The position numbers and the translations under genes are program-made. The notes beneath the pieces are model-generated. The model was not told the origin of the DNA and did not search any database. It worked only from the letters and a program-made list of their open reading frames with translations. Below, in pieces: positions 29,165 through 41,849 of a stretch of 64,000 nt of DNA (position 1 is the stretch's first letter; each line of letters starts with the position of its first letter). Source of the DNA: Mustelus asterias (taxonomy: Eukaryota); contig NC_135808.1 in assembly GCF_964213995.1 (NCBI RefSeq), positions 36,580,001-36,644,000 on the forward strand. The letters are read 5' to 3'.

Positions 29165-29480
29165 TCATAGAATCCCTACAGTGCAGAAGGAGGCCATATG
29201 GCCCATTAAGCCTGCACCGACAACAATCCTACCTGGGCTCTATCTCCATAACCCTACATATTTATGCTGTTAGTCTCCCTGACACTAAGGGACAATTTAG
29301 CATGGCCAATCAACCTAACCTGCACATCTTTGGACTGTGGGAGGAAACCGGAGCACCCGGAGGAAATCCACACAAACACGGGGAGAACGTGAAAACTCCA
29401 CACAGTCACCCAAGGTCGCAATTGAACCTCGGTCCTGTTGCTGTGAGGCAACAGTGTTAACCAATGTGCCACCGTCTCAC
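29165..29480 (-). mobile_element. HE1/V-SINE
   Basis: Shared HE1 head, core and tail. Confidence 0.8.
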
Positions 29481-30484
29481 CCAAAATGATCTCGGAGTAC
29501 ATTAGCATCCGATGGCTTTTGTTGCAGTGATCTGTGAGGCCATCTAGTTGTCGTGGAAAACCAACCGAGTGTTTATGTTGGTCTTAGAGAAAGCTTTAGT
29601 CCCACTCGATAAAGTCCCCGCATTCTCAGTTTTCTGCCATCCCATATATTTACGTTATTCTGTCTCCTGAAATTTTCACGGTCCTCTAACTGCCCGTCTT
29701 TCCGGAGTAATTAAGATGGTAGCCTGTTGATGCATATGTTGCTATCCTTAACCTTACTAATTCTGTTCTCAAACCGCTGACAGTTTGTTCCAGTTGCAAT
29801 TGAATTATTCATTTTCCTAAGGACGTCATTAACTTCTTTTCTGAATTTTCTCAGTTCAATCAGGATAGGGCTCAGCTCAGACTTTTCCAGACCTGAATGT
29901 GGTGCTCGGGTGTCCCCAATGCTACCATAAGGAGAGGGGCTGCGACTTCTCACTTCTTTATTCTATCTTCCTGAAGCAGTTACAATTCATCCCTCTTCCA
30001 TCTCATATTTTGGCTCATTCTCTGCCTATATCTATATTCGGTAAGTATTTTGGGTGATTTAATTAGTGGATGGAGGTGGACTGATGTTAGGGGTGAACAG
30101 ATGAGTAACAGTCAGCAGGCAGCCATTAGGCTCTTTAGCTCCCTCTAGTCAACAGTGCCTGCTAATCCCCAACTCTAAGCCCTTTCATTTACCACAATGC
30201 TTCTGTAGCCATCAGTCTGGTTTAACCACTCCCTCACATCCACCTTCTACACCCTTGTTCCCAAAATTACCTTTACTCCCTTCCTGGTTGTTCGCCCTGC
30301 TTCTCAATTCCAAGGGGTGAAGACTTGGGTGTATCTGGTACACAAATGGTTTAGCCATCCATCGCCAGGTCTGATGGGACCACATCAAGCAGGGCCCTGC
30401 TTTCCTCTGTCAAAACTGCTCATTACTCCATGACCATCCTGAAGAGAAAAGATTACCCACACCTTCGCTTCCCCAAAACCAACT

Positions 30485-31070
30485 GTGTCCTTGTGGAACT
30501 TATGTTCCAGCTGTACAGAACTCTGTTTAGGCCCTATTTGGAGAACTGTGTTCTGTTCTGGGCACCACTCCTCAGGAAGGATACACTGACCTTGGAGAGA
30601 GTGCAGCATAGATTCAACAAAATATTTCTGGGGCTAAAAGGGTTAAATTATGAGGACAGGTTGTACAGACTGAGCTTGCATTCCCTTGAATGTAGAAAAT
30701 TAAGGGGTGATTTACTTGGTGTTTAAGATGATTAAACAAGTTGATAGAGTAGTCAGAGAGAAACTATTCCTCTGTTGGGAGAGTCCAGAACAAGGGGACA
30801 GAGTATTAAAAGATTAGAGCTAGGTTGTTCAGGGATGATGTCAGCAAACACTTCTTCACAAACAGGGCATTGGAAATCTGGAACTCTCTCTCCACAAAAA
30901 TCTGCCGAATCTGGGGGAGGTCAATTGAAAATTTGACTACTGCTCGGTTTATTGTTAGACAGGGGAATTGGGGGGTTACAGAGCTAATGCAGGTAGATGG
31001 AGTTAAGAGACAGATTGGCCATGATCTAACTGAATGGTGTCACAGGCTCAAGAGATGACTCCAATTCCGA
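30485..31070 (+). mobile_element. Old CR1 3' fragment
   Basis: LYRTLFRPYLENCVLFWAP; FFTNRALEIWNSL. Confidence 0.8.
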
Positions 31071-31175
31071 CATTCCTGCTGTTGAAATCCTCATCCATGC
31101 TGACTGTGAAGTCTGGAACATCCTTTCCTCAATGTGGATGTCTCAGTTTCTTGAGCATTGCTGACTGTGTGAGAC

Positions 31176-31967
31176 TCAATCACAGGCCTCACTTGGCTTC
31201 CCTGCTGTGTGAATGCGACGATGATCCAACATGCCCCATAATTGTTCAAAGTCCTTATCACACACATCACATCTGAATGTTTTCTTCTTTTTCGTGTGAC
31301 TCCTCCTGTGAATCGCCAGGCCTGATATCCGTGTAAAGTCCTTATGACATACCTCACACTTGTATGGCTTCTCCCCAGTGTGAAGACGTTGGTGTTCTTG
31401 GAGTCTCAATGGCCGGGAGAATGATTTCTTACACACTTTACACCTTAATTGGTTATCCTCAGTGTGAGTGCGATGGTGTTGACGGAGGGTCGATGAATGG
31501 GAGAATGATTTCTTACACACTTCACAGGAGAATGCTTTCTCCCCTGTATGAACGTGTCGGTGTTCCACGAGTGCTGATAAACGGGTGAAGGCTCGGTCAC
31601 ACAACTCACAACTGAAGGGATTCTCCCCTGTGTGAATGCTCTGATGTATCAGGAATTCTGTCGATGTTGGGAAAGCTTTATCACAAAACTCACACTTGAA
31701 GCGTTTCTCCCCTGTGTGGATTGTCTGATGGACCTGGAGGTTCGATAACTGTGTGAAAGATTTCTCACACACGTCACAGCGGAACGGCTTCTCCCCTGTG
31801 TGAATGCGTTTGTGTGTGTGCAGATGCGATGACCGCGAGAATGATTTGTTGCAAACCTCACACGAAAATGGTTTATCACCACTGTGAGTGCGTTGGTGGT
31901 TACGAAAGTGGGATGACCATGAGAATGATTTGTCACACAACTTACACTTTAACAGTTTTGCTTCCAT
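31176..31967 (-). CDS. C2H2 zinc-finger protein, 9 fingers, 263 aa, no KRAB/SCAN/BTB domain
   Basis: Intact ORF of CxxC-x12-HxxxH repeats with TGEKP-type linkers; module acceptor at 32402/32403 and promoter block at 33350-33557. Confidence 0.85.
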   Translation of the reverse strand: MEAKLLKCKLCDKSFSWSSHFRNHQRTHSGDKPFSCEVCNKSFSRSSHLHTHKRIHTGEKPFRCDVCEKSFTQLSNLQVHQTIHTGEKRFKCEFCDKAFPTSTEFLIHQSIHTGENPFSCELCDRAFTRLSALVEHRHVHTGEKAFSCEVCKKSFSHSSTLRQHHRTHTEDNQLRCKVCKKSFSRPLRLQEHQRLHTGEKPYKCEVCHKDFTRISGLAIHRRSHTKKKKTFRCDVCDKDFEQLWGMLDHRRIHTAGKPSEACD

Positions 31968-33344
31968 GTGATAGTCCCTGTGGTTACAGCTGGTATACCT
32001 GATACTGTGGAGCCTTCCTCACACACCACACACTTGAACAGCCTCTCACCTGCAGGGATGAGTCAGTGGTCTATGAAGCTCGATGAATGATTGAAACTGT
32101 CACCACATTTTGAGTCCACTCACACTTCTTCCCAGCCTCAACATCATCCACAACTGAACTTCAGAAAGGTTGGTTCTGATGGAAGGTTCCACACCGCTGA
32201 CCAGTTTCAGATCTGATGATACATCAAAGTCCCTGACTCGACCGATTTTCAGATGTCGGTGTCACTGCCCGTCTCTGTGTTGAGCAATGCTGTGAAGGGA
32301 CTAGATGTCTTCCCACAGCTGTGCAGCTGTTGTTTGATTCGGTCAGGATCTATCTGCGGTGTCTATCCTCTATATTCTCTGGTGTAGTAAGGTGCAATCC
32401 TTCTGTAAAACAGGAAAAGGGAACATGATTTCCTCCAACTCCCTTTCCTCTTTTGCTGAGGGGCTGACTAGACTGTTCCACAGTGAGTACCAGTCTGCTA
32501 TTTCCCTGTGTGGGGGATCAGACACAAGTCCTTTCTTTTTCCTCATTTGACTGTCACACACCCACTGTTTCCAGCACGGCCACTGGATCGTGACCAGAAG
32601 CAGACAATATGGCTACTTTCTTTCCGACACCCAGACCCCTATCTTCCCAGGCAACATGAGGGAAATGGAAAATACAGCCAAATGAAGAGTAAATTAATTA
32701 ACTATAAATGCCTGGGATTTCTTTATATCTTTATAATATAAAAACACTGAGAGATGTTAATTCAATGGAAATGTAGTAGTGTCTCCCATTGTTTTCAAAA
32801 ATTATTGAAGGAAAACACACTGGGCAGGAAGTGCTGGAAGATTTTTAAAAATTGCTTCAGTGTAGCTGATTGATGCGTTCTAGTCCATCCTGGGAAATTA
32901 AATACACCACAGTCACTCAGACTGCACATCCCAAATTTCGCTATTACACACAACACTGGGTAAAACTAGCAATTCGAAGCTTAAGTTTCTCGGAAAGGCC
33001 GAGGCCTTCAGGTAAAGTATTTAAAGACGTTCAAAGATTTTTCAATAAATGTGTTTCTGCCCCTCCCAGATAATTACACCTCACCTTCTCATATTCAGTA
33101 ATGATCCGTCAACAAAACTCAGGCTGCAAATCAGAAGGTAAATACTTCCAGTAAACACACTCAATATCCAACACACAGCTCCAATCAAACAGCTCAGCAC
33201 AAAGCACCGAGTAAACAGGTCTCTCAGCTGGATCTTCTCACACAGCATAAGGGACATTTCCACAACTGATTCCCCAGAGGATAGTCAGACTGCCTGAACA
33301 TTAGTGTGGATATTATGCAATGTAATTATAAATTTTGCTCCTTC

Positions 33345-33557
33345 ACAGTTTCAGTCCCGACAGGAAGTGAAGCAGCTGTGAAAGAGGAAGAGGAGAGAAT
33401 GGGCAGAGTGGGTGGGCTCTCTGATTGAAGTCTCTCACAGCCAATCCTAATATTTCTGGAATAATATGAGTTTCCAGAAGCTTGGGAAACTGACCGGTGA
33501 AACGGAGGCGACTTTGAGCAGCAGATCAGGTGGGGATTTAAACTTGTCATTGTCCCA
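33345..33557 (-). promoter_or_regulatory. ZNF-module promoter/5' exon block (inverted copy; ATG|GTGAGT segment deleted)
   Basis: Reverse complement of the 14780-15000 block but lacking caagtgaggagatggtga. Confidence 0.65.
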
Positions 33558-33715
33558 AGTTGGAGGAAATCATGTTTCCTTTTCCCGTTTTACAGAAGGA
33601 TTGTACGTCCGACACCAGACAATACAGAGAGGATAGACACCACAGATAGATCCTGACCATCACCCAAGGCACAACTGCACAACTGTGGGAGACATCCAGT
33701 CCTTTCACATTATTT
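33558..33715 (+). pseudogene. Orphan fragment of the module's second exon (acceptor at 33595/33596) with no ZNF ORF following
   Basis: gtttccttttcccgttttacag|aaggattg...; homologous to 45700-45845. Confidence 0.7.
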
Positions 33716-33865
33716 CTTGGGGAGGCACGGTGGCACAGTGGTTAGCACTGCTGCCTCACAGCGCCAGTGACCTGGGTTAAATCCCGCTTGGGCTACTGTC
33801 TGTGTGGAATTTGCACATTCTCCTTGTGTCTGCGTGGGTTTCCTCCGAGTGCTCTGGTTTCCTCC

Positions 33866-34627
33866 CACAGTAAGAAGTTTAACAACACCAGGTTAAAGTC
33901 CAACAGGTTTATTTGGTAGCAAAAGCCACACAAGCTTTCGAGGCTCTAAGCCCCTTCTTCAGGTGAGTGGGAATTCTGTTCACAAACAGAACTTATAAAG
34001 ACACAGACTCAATTTACATGAATAATGGTTGGAATGCGAATACTTACAACTAATCCAGTCTTTAAGAAACAAAACAATGGGAGTGGAGAGAGCATCAAGA
34101 CAGGCTAAAAAGATGTGTATTGTCTCACGGGCATTCGGCCTCTGATATTCGGGTAAGCGTTCTCCAAGGCGGCCTTCGCGTCACACGACAGCGCAGAGTC
34201 GCTGAGCAGAAACTGATAGCCAAGTTCCGCACACACAAGGACGGCCTCAACCGGGATATTGGGTTCATGTCACACTATTTGTAACTCCCACAGTTGCGTG
34301 GACCTGCAGAGTTTCACTGGCTGTCTTGTCTGGAGACAATACACATCTTTTTAGCCTGTCTTGATGCTCTCTCCACTCCCATTGTTTTGTTTCTTAAAGA
34401 CTGGATTAGTTGTAAGTATTCGCATTCCAACCATTATTCATGTAAATTGAGTCTGTGTCTTTATAAGTTCTGTTTGTGAACAGAATTCCCACTCACCTGA
34501 AGAAGGGGCTTAGAGCCTCGAAAGCTTGTGTGGCTTTTGCTACCAAATAAACCTGTTGGACTTTAACCTGGTGTTGTTAAACTTCTTACTGTGTTTACCC
34601 CAGTCCAACGCCGGCATCTCCACATCA
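33866..34627. mobile_element. Young Penelope-like element 3' end with inverted pLTR (261-bp arms 33866-34126 / 34333-34593)
   Basis: Arms read as exact reverse complements; spacer encodes the GIY-YIG C-terminus (AEQKLIAKFRTHKDGLNRDIG). Confidence 0.9.
34490..34545 (+). ncRNA. Minimal hammerhead ribozyme motif in Penelope pLTR (mirror copy ~33915-33970, minus strand)
   Basis: CTGAAGA (34497-34503), short stem II, GAAA (34520-34523), short stem III. Confidence 0.65.
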
Positions 34628-35440
34628 TTCCTCCCACAGTCCAAAGATGTGCAAGTGAGGTGGATTGGTCATGCTAAATTGCCTCTTAGTGTACCTAAAT
34701 GCGTGTAGTTTGGGGAATTTGGGTTACAGGGATAGGGCGGGGGTGAGCCTGGGTAAGATGCTCTGTCAGTGAGTCGGTACAGACTCGGTGGGTCAAATGG
34801 CCTCCTTCTGCACTGTAGGCATTCTATGATTCTTAAATAATTCTATAGAAACAGAAATTATATTAATAGTACAATATCATCACATGCTGTTTTATCAGTG
34901 TAGATTGATAGCTCAAATTAATTCACTTTTTTAAAGTTAACCCAGCCTACCTAATTTGTCAGCATGGTGTGTTCTATTTACTGAAACTCTCAGGAGTCTA
35001 CATTGAGGATCCTGTACACAATGTATTGGTCAATGTCACTGTGGGCTGGAATACTTTCTCCATTAATGGTTTAGAATTTCCAGTTCACAGAAAGCAAAAC
35101 ATTTCCCTGACAAGAAAAGTAAGACTTGAATTTATATAAACTTTTACAAACCTGAGTTGGCTAAAAGAACTTGGACCGAAGTCGTCTGTTCCTATAGATA
35201 GATTTTTGACAAAGAAGGGGATTGTGGTTTGTGGGATAGACAAGAAACTAGAGCTGAGACCATAACCAGATCAGCCATGCTTTTATTGAATGGCAGAACA
35301 GGTTTGAAGGGCTGAATGGCTTTCTCCTGCTCCGAAGTCCTATGTTCCTAGAGAATGCTGGTGATAATCACAATGACATTATTAGTCCAATAATATTGGA
35401 TGGTGTCTCTGCATTATTTTTCATTTATGATACGTTTAAA

Positions 35441-35915
35441 ATGGTGAACGTTCTCTCAATCCCTCTCATATTTATAATGCTGGAGAGGGAGAGAGCCAGG
35501 AGAGGATAGAGGTACAGGAAAGAGGAAGAGAGATAAGAGGAGGGGGCACTAGATAATGAAAGTGGAAAGATAGAAAGAGGAATGGCAGGAGCAGATGCTA
35601 GGAGAGGAGTCATTGGAGTTTTATGGAATAGCTGCTTCCCCAAGGTGTTGGGAATGATTGATAACACTCACATGACATTGAAGGTCACCCGAAGACACTC
35701 ACAGGGCACCCGGAACAGAAATTAATTCCTCTTGTTAACATAGTGTGTAATGACTGTGAGAATAGTCCATGTGAACATCATTCACACTGGATCATCCCAC
35801 AATTCTTTCATTGTCAGGAACTCAGGCATCTCACCCATATTCAGGAAGGCGAGTGACCTGATGGTCAGCTGATTAGGGATAATTTTCATCCCTTCTGTGG
35901 CTGATGTCACCATTT
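35441..35915 (+). pseudogene. PIF/Harbinger (HARBI1-like, DDE_Tnp_4) transposase fossil
   Basis: Translation with frameshifts/stops: FYGIA-FPKVLGMIDNTHMTLK...RNRN...RIVHVN..HTGSSHNSFIVRNSGI...WLMSP, collinear with the HARBI1 core (G.ID.TH..I, NRKG, PGS..D, WLMTP). Confidence 0.75.
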
Positions 35916-36017
35916 CATGTACAACACACATTGCTTTTAGGTGGAATTCTGACTTAGAAGCGTTCAGTCATAATCCCACAGATGGTAGCTTCACACCATT
36001 GGCTCCTCTGCCAAGCA

Positions 36018-36810
36018 CATACCGAATGAGATAAAGAATCTGGTGAACTGGTGTGATGACAATATTCTCTCCCTCAATGTCAACAAAACGAAGGAGATAG
36101 TCATTGACTTCAGGAAGCGTATTGGAGAACATGGCCCTGTCTACATCAATGGGGACAAAGTAGAAATAGTCGAGAGCTTCAGGTTTTTAGGTGTCCAGAT
36201 CACCAACAACCTGTCCTGGTCCCCCCATGCCGACATTATAGTTAGGAAAGCCAACCAACGCCTCTACTTTCTCAGAAGACTAAGGAAATTTGGCATGTCT
36301 GCTACGACTCTCACCACTTTTACAGATGCACCATAGAAAGCATTATTTTTGGTTGTATCAAAGCTTGGTATGGCTCCTGCTCTGCCCAAGTCCACAGGAA
36401 ACTACAAAGGGTCATGAATGATGCCCAGTCCATCACACAAACCAGCCTCCCATCCATTGACTTTGTCTACACTTCCCGTTGCCTCAGAAAAGCAGCCAGC
36501 ATAAATAAGGACCCCACCCATGCCGGACATACTCTCTTCCATCTTCTTTTGTCGGGAAAAAGATACAAAAATCTGAGGTCACATACCAACCGACTCAAGA
36601 ACAGCTTCTTCCCTGCTGCATCAGACTTTTGAATGGACCTACTTTGCACTAAGTTGATCTTTCTCTACACCCGAGCTATGACTGTAACACGACATTCTGC
36701 GCACTCTCCTTTCCTTCTCTATGAATGGCATGCTTTGTCTGTATAGCATGCAAGGAAAAAAATACTTTTCACTGTATACTAATACGTGTGACAATAATAA
36801 ATCAAATCAA
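36018..36810 (+). mobile_element. Rex1/Babar LINE 3' part
   Basis: LSLNVNKTKEIVIDFRK...FLGVQITNNLSW...QRLYFLRRLRKFG; (aatca)n tail. Confidence 0.85.
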
Positions 36811-37219
36811 CCACACTGAGGAGGAGGTATTCTTTATCAATACTCGTCTCTCTCTCTCAAGGAAACTCTCCAAATACTTCATGATTTCTCTCCCTTCCAG
36901 GCATCCTATCGCATGTACCCCTCTCTCCTTTCCCCCTCCCTGCAGCATCCCATCCTCCCATGTTCCTGTGTCTCGAGGGCTCCAGTCCCTGATGTCCACC
37001 TCTCTCATATCCCTCTCTCCTCTGTCATTCTCTGCTGTATATGTGCTGATCCACCAGCGTACATCATAACTGCCTTGGATGATATGATGTGGGTCTTCCT
37101 CTTCTGATCTGCTGTCAAACACATCCGAGGCGACACATCTCACACTGATGTTGTCAGTTTGAAAGCCTCCGAGGATGAAGAATGCTATTTCCACACTAGA
37201 AATCTCTGTCAAACATTGC

Positions 37220-37496
37220 CAGGGGAACTGAGACAGCAGCTGTAATAAGTGAGATTTAATTCAGATGGGACAATTGACAAGTTTAAATCCTACCTGATCT
37301 GCTGCTCAAAGTCTCCTCCGTTTCATCAGTCAGTTTCCCAAGTTTCAGGAAATTCCTGTTACTCCAGAAATATTAGGATTAGCTGTGAGAGACGTCAATC
37401 AGAGAGCCCACGCACTCTGCCCATTCCCTCCTCTTCCTCTTTCACAACTGCTTCACTTCCTGTAGGGATTGAAAACCAAGTGAGGAGATGGTGAGT
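37220..37496 (+). promoter_or_regulatory. ZNF-module promoter/5' exon, ending ATG|GTGAGT (37490/37491)
   Basis: Homologous to 14720-15007. Confidence 0.65.
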
Positions 37497-38311
37497 GAAG
37501 GAGCAGAATTTATAATAATTACATTGCATAATATCCACACTAATGTTCAGGTAGTCTGACTATCCTGTGGGGAATCAGGTGTGGAAATGCCCCTTTATGC
37601 TGTGTGAGAAGATCCAGCTGAGAGACCTGTTTACTCGGTGCTTTGTGCTGAGCTGTTTGATTGGAGCTGTGTATTGGATATTAAGTGCGTTTATTGGAAG
37701 CATTTCCCTTCTGATTTACAGGCTGAGTTTTGTTGAGGGGTCATTACGAATATGAGAAGGTGAGGCGTAACTAACTGGGAGGGGCAGAGACACTTCTTCA
37801 AATGTATTTTAATGCCTTCTTTAAAGGTTTTACCTGAAGGCCTCGGTCTTTCCCAAAGCGTGGGCTTGGATTTGATATTTTTCCCCAGTGCTGTGTCTGA
37901 TAGCTGAATTTGGTATGTGCAGTCTGTGAGTGCAGTGTATCAGAACCCTTTAATCATCTACACTGAAGCAATATTTTCCTTAGCTTCTCGCACTTCCTAT
38001 CCAGTACATTCTTCAAATAATTTTTGAAAACAAAGGGAGAAATTTCAAAATATCAGTTGAATTAACATTTCTCCTGAGTTTTTTTAATTAATTGAACACA
38101 TCCTTTAAGGGTAAAACCAGTCTCATTGTGAAGTGATAGCTGGTTTTCCAATATCAAGGCTCACCATGACTGCTTTTACAGCACCTTGCAAACTGGAAGC
38201 CTCTCCACATAGAAGGACAAGGCCAGCAGATACACGGGACTTACACCACCTGCAAGTTCTCCTTCAAGTCACACCATCTTGACTTGGAAATATAAAACTG
38301 TTCCTTTGTTG

Positions 38312-39205
38312 TGTGATGATTCTGTGCCTTTAAGAAATGTCTTTCTGAGTCATGTTCTTATGCAGGGTCTGTTGTAGCTGTTTTATGCACTCAGTCTACT
38401 GGCATCCTGTACTGTTGCTGCAACAGCATAATTGCTTCTAATGGCTCGAACTGATGCTGTTCTGTTTACCCCAGGAATTTTGCAGAGGAGGGCTTAATTG
38501 GGATGAATGGCAGGTATGGTCATGTGATTGAAAAGTTGGGCTTACACAGGATATTCAAGTTCAGATCTGCTTTTGGAATTGAGAGAGAGAGAGAGCAGTG
38601 TCTCTTTTTCCCCCTCTGAAGTTAGAGACTGGAATCTGCCAAGAGATAAGTCTTTTTTGGAGATTCTTCTCTGAGAGTGGATCTTTCTCTGAGAGTTGCT
38701 GCATTGGAAACTGCAGAGGGAGAGGTATCCTTTTGCTCTCTCTGGGGTCTGGAGACTGGGAGCTGCTGGATGCTGGGTTTGCTTCTGAGGTTTTGCTGTT
38801 CTGAGGATAAATCCATCTCTGAAGATTGCTGTCTCGATCTCTGTGCGGAATGTTGAGGAGCTGAGGGTCTAGCATCACGTGATATCTTTGGTTTCCATGT
38901 TAACTGGTTCTACAGAAGGGATTTATGTCTATGGGGTATTGCTTTAAACTGGAACAACGGAAGTAGCTAGCTGTTCAGGATCATGTCTAAATATTTTAAT
39001 TGGTAAAAGTTAAGCTAATTATTTTTATTATATTCTAACAGTGTTCTTCAAGTTTGTTTTGATAAAAGCTTCCCAGTGGATCACTTGAATCATAACCTGG
39101 AGTGAAACACCTTATGCTCACCCTAATGCCAAAAATCAAATGCAAAACTTGTGGTCTTGGCTAACTGCATAATATACCCTCGAGTTTCCAGTCTGGGCCT
39201 TAACA
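38312..39205. mobile_element. Probable solo LTR nested in an L2-type 3' fragment
   Basis: TG...CA ends, gttg/attg flanks; interrupts an L2-like tail (38210-38311 / 39206-39335). Confidence 0.55.
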
Positions 39206-39854
39206 ATTGTCACTGGGTCGACATCCTGGAAGTCCCTTCCAAACAGTACTGTGGTTGAAGAAGGCAGTTCATCATAACTCTTAGGCAATTAGGAAAGGGC
39301 AATCAAAGCTGTCCTATCCAGTGAAGCCTACATCTGAGTCACCCTTCAGGAAGGGAGCAGGAGGTGCTGATGTTTCCTTTTCCTGTTTTACAGAAGGATT
39401 GCATCTTACTACGCCAGAGATTACAGAGAGGATAGACACCGCAGATAGATCTGACCATCACCCAGGAACAACTGCAAAACTGTAGGAAGACATTCAGTCC
39501 CTTCACAGTATTGCTCAATACAGAGAAGGTTGGGCAGTGAAACCATCATCTGGAAATCGGTCGGGTCAGGGGAGCTTTGACATATCATCAGATCTGAAAC
39601 TGGTCAGTTGTGTGGAACTTTCCATCAGAACCAGCCTTTCCAAAGGTTCAGCTGTGGGTGATCAGTCAGGGTGAGGCTGGGAAGAAGTGTGAGTGGGCTC
39701 CAAGTGTGGTGTGCACTTCAATCATTCATCGAGCCTCATGAACTACTGATTCATTCTTGCAGGTGAAAGGCTGTTTAAGTGCAAGGAGGGAACCACAACC
39801 TGAAAAGATTTCCTAACAGACAACTGTGGTACCTCCTGTAACACGGGCAGTCAC

Positions 39855-40808
39855 ATGGAAGAGAAATTATTCAAGTGTGAGGTGTGTGAGAAATCTTTCT
39901 CAGTGTTAGGGAAGCTAAATAAACACCAATACACTCACATAGAGCAAAAACCATTCAAGTGTGAGGTGTGCGAGAAATCATTCTCACAGTCATCGCATCT
40001 CCTCCAGCATCAGAGAATTCACACAGGGGAGAAACCATTCACATGTGAGGTGTGTGACAAATCATTCTCGCAGTCATCAAATCTGCTGCAGCATCAGAGG
40101 ATTCACACAGGGGAGAAACCATTCAGTTGTGAGGTGTGTGGCAAATCATTCTCAACATCAGGGACTCTCCATAAACACCAACGCACTCACAAAAGGCAGA
40201 AACCATTCATATGTGAGGTGTGTGACAAATCATTCTCATCATCATCATATCTCCGTTTACACCAGCACATTCACACAGGGGAGAAGCCATTCACTTGTGA
40301 GGTGTGTAAAACGTCTTTCATCCAGTCATCCCTTCTCCTGAGGCACCAGAGGATTCACACGGGGGAGAAACCATTTAAGTGTGAGATGTGTGACCAAGCA
40401 TTCACACAGTCATCAAACCTCCGTGCACATCTACGCATTCACACTGGGGAGAAACCATTCAAGTGTGAGGTGTGCAACAAATCATTCTCACGCTCATCTC
40501 ATCTCCGTGTACACCAACGCATCCACACTGGGGAGAAGCCATTCACTTGCAAAGCGTGCGACAAATCATTCTCACAGTCATCGACCCTGCACGAACACCA
40601 ACGCCTTCACACTAGGGAGAAACCATTCACTTGCGAAGTGTGCAGCAAATCATTCTTACAGTCATCAACTCTTCATGAGCACTACCGTGTTCACACAGGG
40701 GAGAAACCATTCACGTGTGAAGTGTGTAATAAGGGCTTTGCACAAATATCAGGACTGTTAAATCACTGGCGTGTTCACACAGGGGAGAAGCCCTATATTC
40801 AAACATAA
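39855..40808 (+). CDS. C2H2 zinc-finger protein, 11 fingers, 317 aa, no effector domain visible
   Basis: Intact ORF; acceptor at 39393/39394 upstream; degenerate fingers continue at 40810-41460. Confidence 0.88.
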   Translation: MEEKLFKCEVCEKSFSVLGKLNKHQYTHIEQKPFKCEVCEKSFSQSSHLLQHQRIHTGEKPFTCEVCDKSFSQSSNLLQHQRIHTGEKPFSCEVCGKSFSTSGTLHKHQRTHKRQKPFICEVCDKSFSSSSYLRLHQHIHTGEKPFTCEVCKTSFIQSSLLLRHQRIHTGEKPFKCEMCDQAFTQSSNLRAHLRIHTGEKPFKCEVCNKSFSRSSHLRVHQRIHTGEKPFTCKACDKSFSQSSTLHEHQRLHTREKPFTCEVCSKSFLQSSTLHEHYRVHTGEKPFTCEVCNKGFAQISGLLNHWRVHTGEKPYIQT

Positions 40809-41849
40809 GGTGTGTGACGACTCAGCCTGACACAGTCAGCAACACACATGACATATCCTCACTGAGGAAAAGCTGTTGAAGTGTGAAACGTGTGACAAAA
40901 CCTTCACAAAGTTGATATCCTTGAATAGAGAAAACATTCAATTGTGAGGTATGTGACCGAGCCTTCACACTGTCAGTGACACTCATGAAATAATGATCCA
41001 TTCACAAGTGGGGAGAATCCATTCAAGTGTGAGGCGTGTAACACAGATTTTGCACAATCATCGTGTTTGACGATCAGCAGCATATTCACAATAGAAAGGA
41101 AATCTTCAGCTATGAGCTCTGTGTCAAATCCTTCACAAACTCATCAAACCTGGACCCTCAGAGGATTCAGACAGGGAGTGACTCTATGTCTTGAAATTTC
41201 TAAGCAAAATCCTCTTGAAGTCTTTGCACCTCTTGGAACTGGAGCAAACTCACACAGGAGGGAAAATCTTCGGGTGCAATGTTTGTGAGACAGTTTTCAC
41301 CCATTCATCTTAATCTCCTGAAGCACCAGCAGATGCTCACTGGAGAGAGATCATTCAGGTGTGCGGTGTGTTACAAGGTTTTCACACAGTCAGTGTATCT
41401 CCTGATCCATCAACACACACACACAGGGGAGAAACCCTGTTGGTGTGAGTTCCTTGTGTCTTCATGGAGATATTTTAGTTAGCCTCAACATCTCTGATCC
41501 AGTCAGGAATCCCATTCTTCATCAGTGAATCCAGCTGGGAAGTCGGGAAGGGCAGCATGTGTCTCAACTGTGTCAATTTCCATTGTCTCACAACATTTAC
41601 TGTGTTGCTGAAAAAGAGATTCTCTGTCTCTTGTATCTCATCAGGTCAATTCACAAGAATGCCAAATAATAAAGCAAACAACAATTTATACTACATAAGA
41701 GTGTGCTGATAGGATGGCAAGTGGACACTGATTGGTAGAAGCATTGCCATGGAGAATGCACCAGTAACTGACAACTGACATTGGTTTGCTTAAGTTCAAA
41801 CCAAGGCACTGATTCTGGTCAAGGTGTTACCCTGAGGAATGAGCCACGG

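Larger units (their letters stand above)
27320..30050 (-). mobile_element. Internally deleted L1-clade LINE (ORF1 remnants, endonuclease N-terminus, C-terminal fragment) with nested SINEs
   Basis: LKVISYNVKG...IAFLQETHLSD near 27900-28080; KWEVEL..IPEEDWNEIC...WKLITRHFRTP at 27265-27534; ORF1-like pieces at 28745-28960 and 29711-29953. Confidence 0.75.
33720..34832 (+). mobile_element. HE1/V-SINE split by a Penelope insertion
   Basis: 5' half 33720-33870 and 3' half 34628-34832; 12-bp duplication ttcctcccacag. Confidence 0.85.

Noticed and set aside
39961-40761. Long alternative-frame ORFs over ZNF exons (MRCVTNHS...QGRNHS; also 16967, 46620, 59848, 31649)
   Set aside because: Shadow frames expected from the 84-bp finger repeat; not independent genes.
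39855-40808. CRISPR-like repeat/spacer periodicity
   Set aside because: The periodicity is the 28-codon C2H2 finger unit in a eukaryotic gene.
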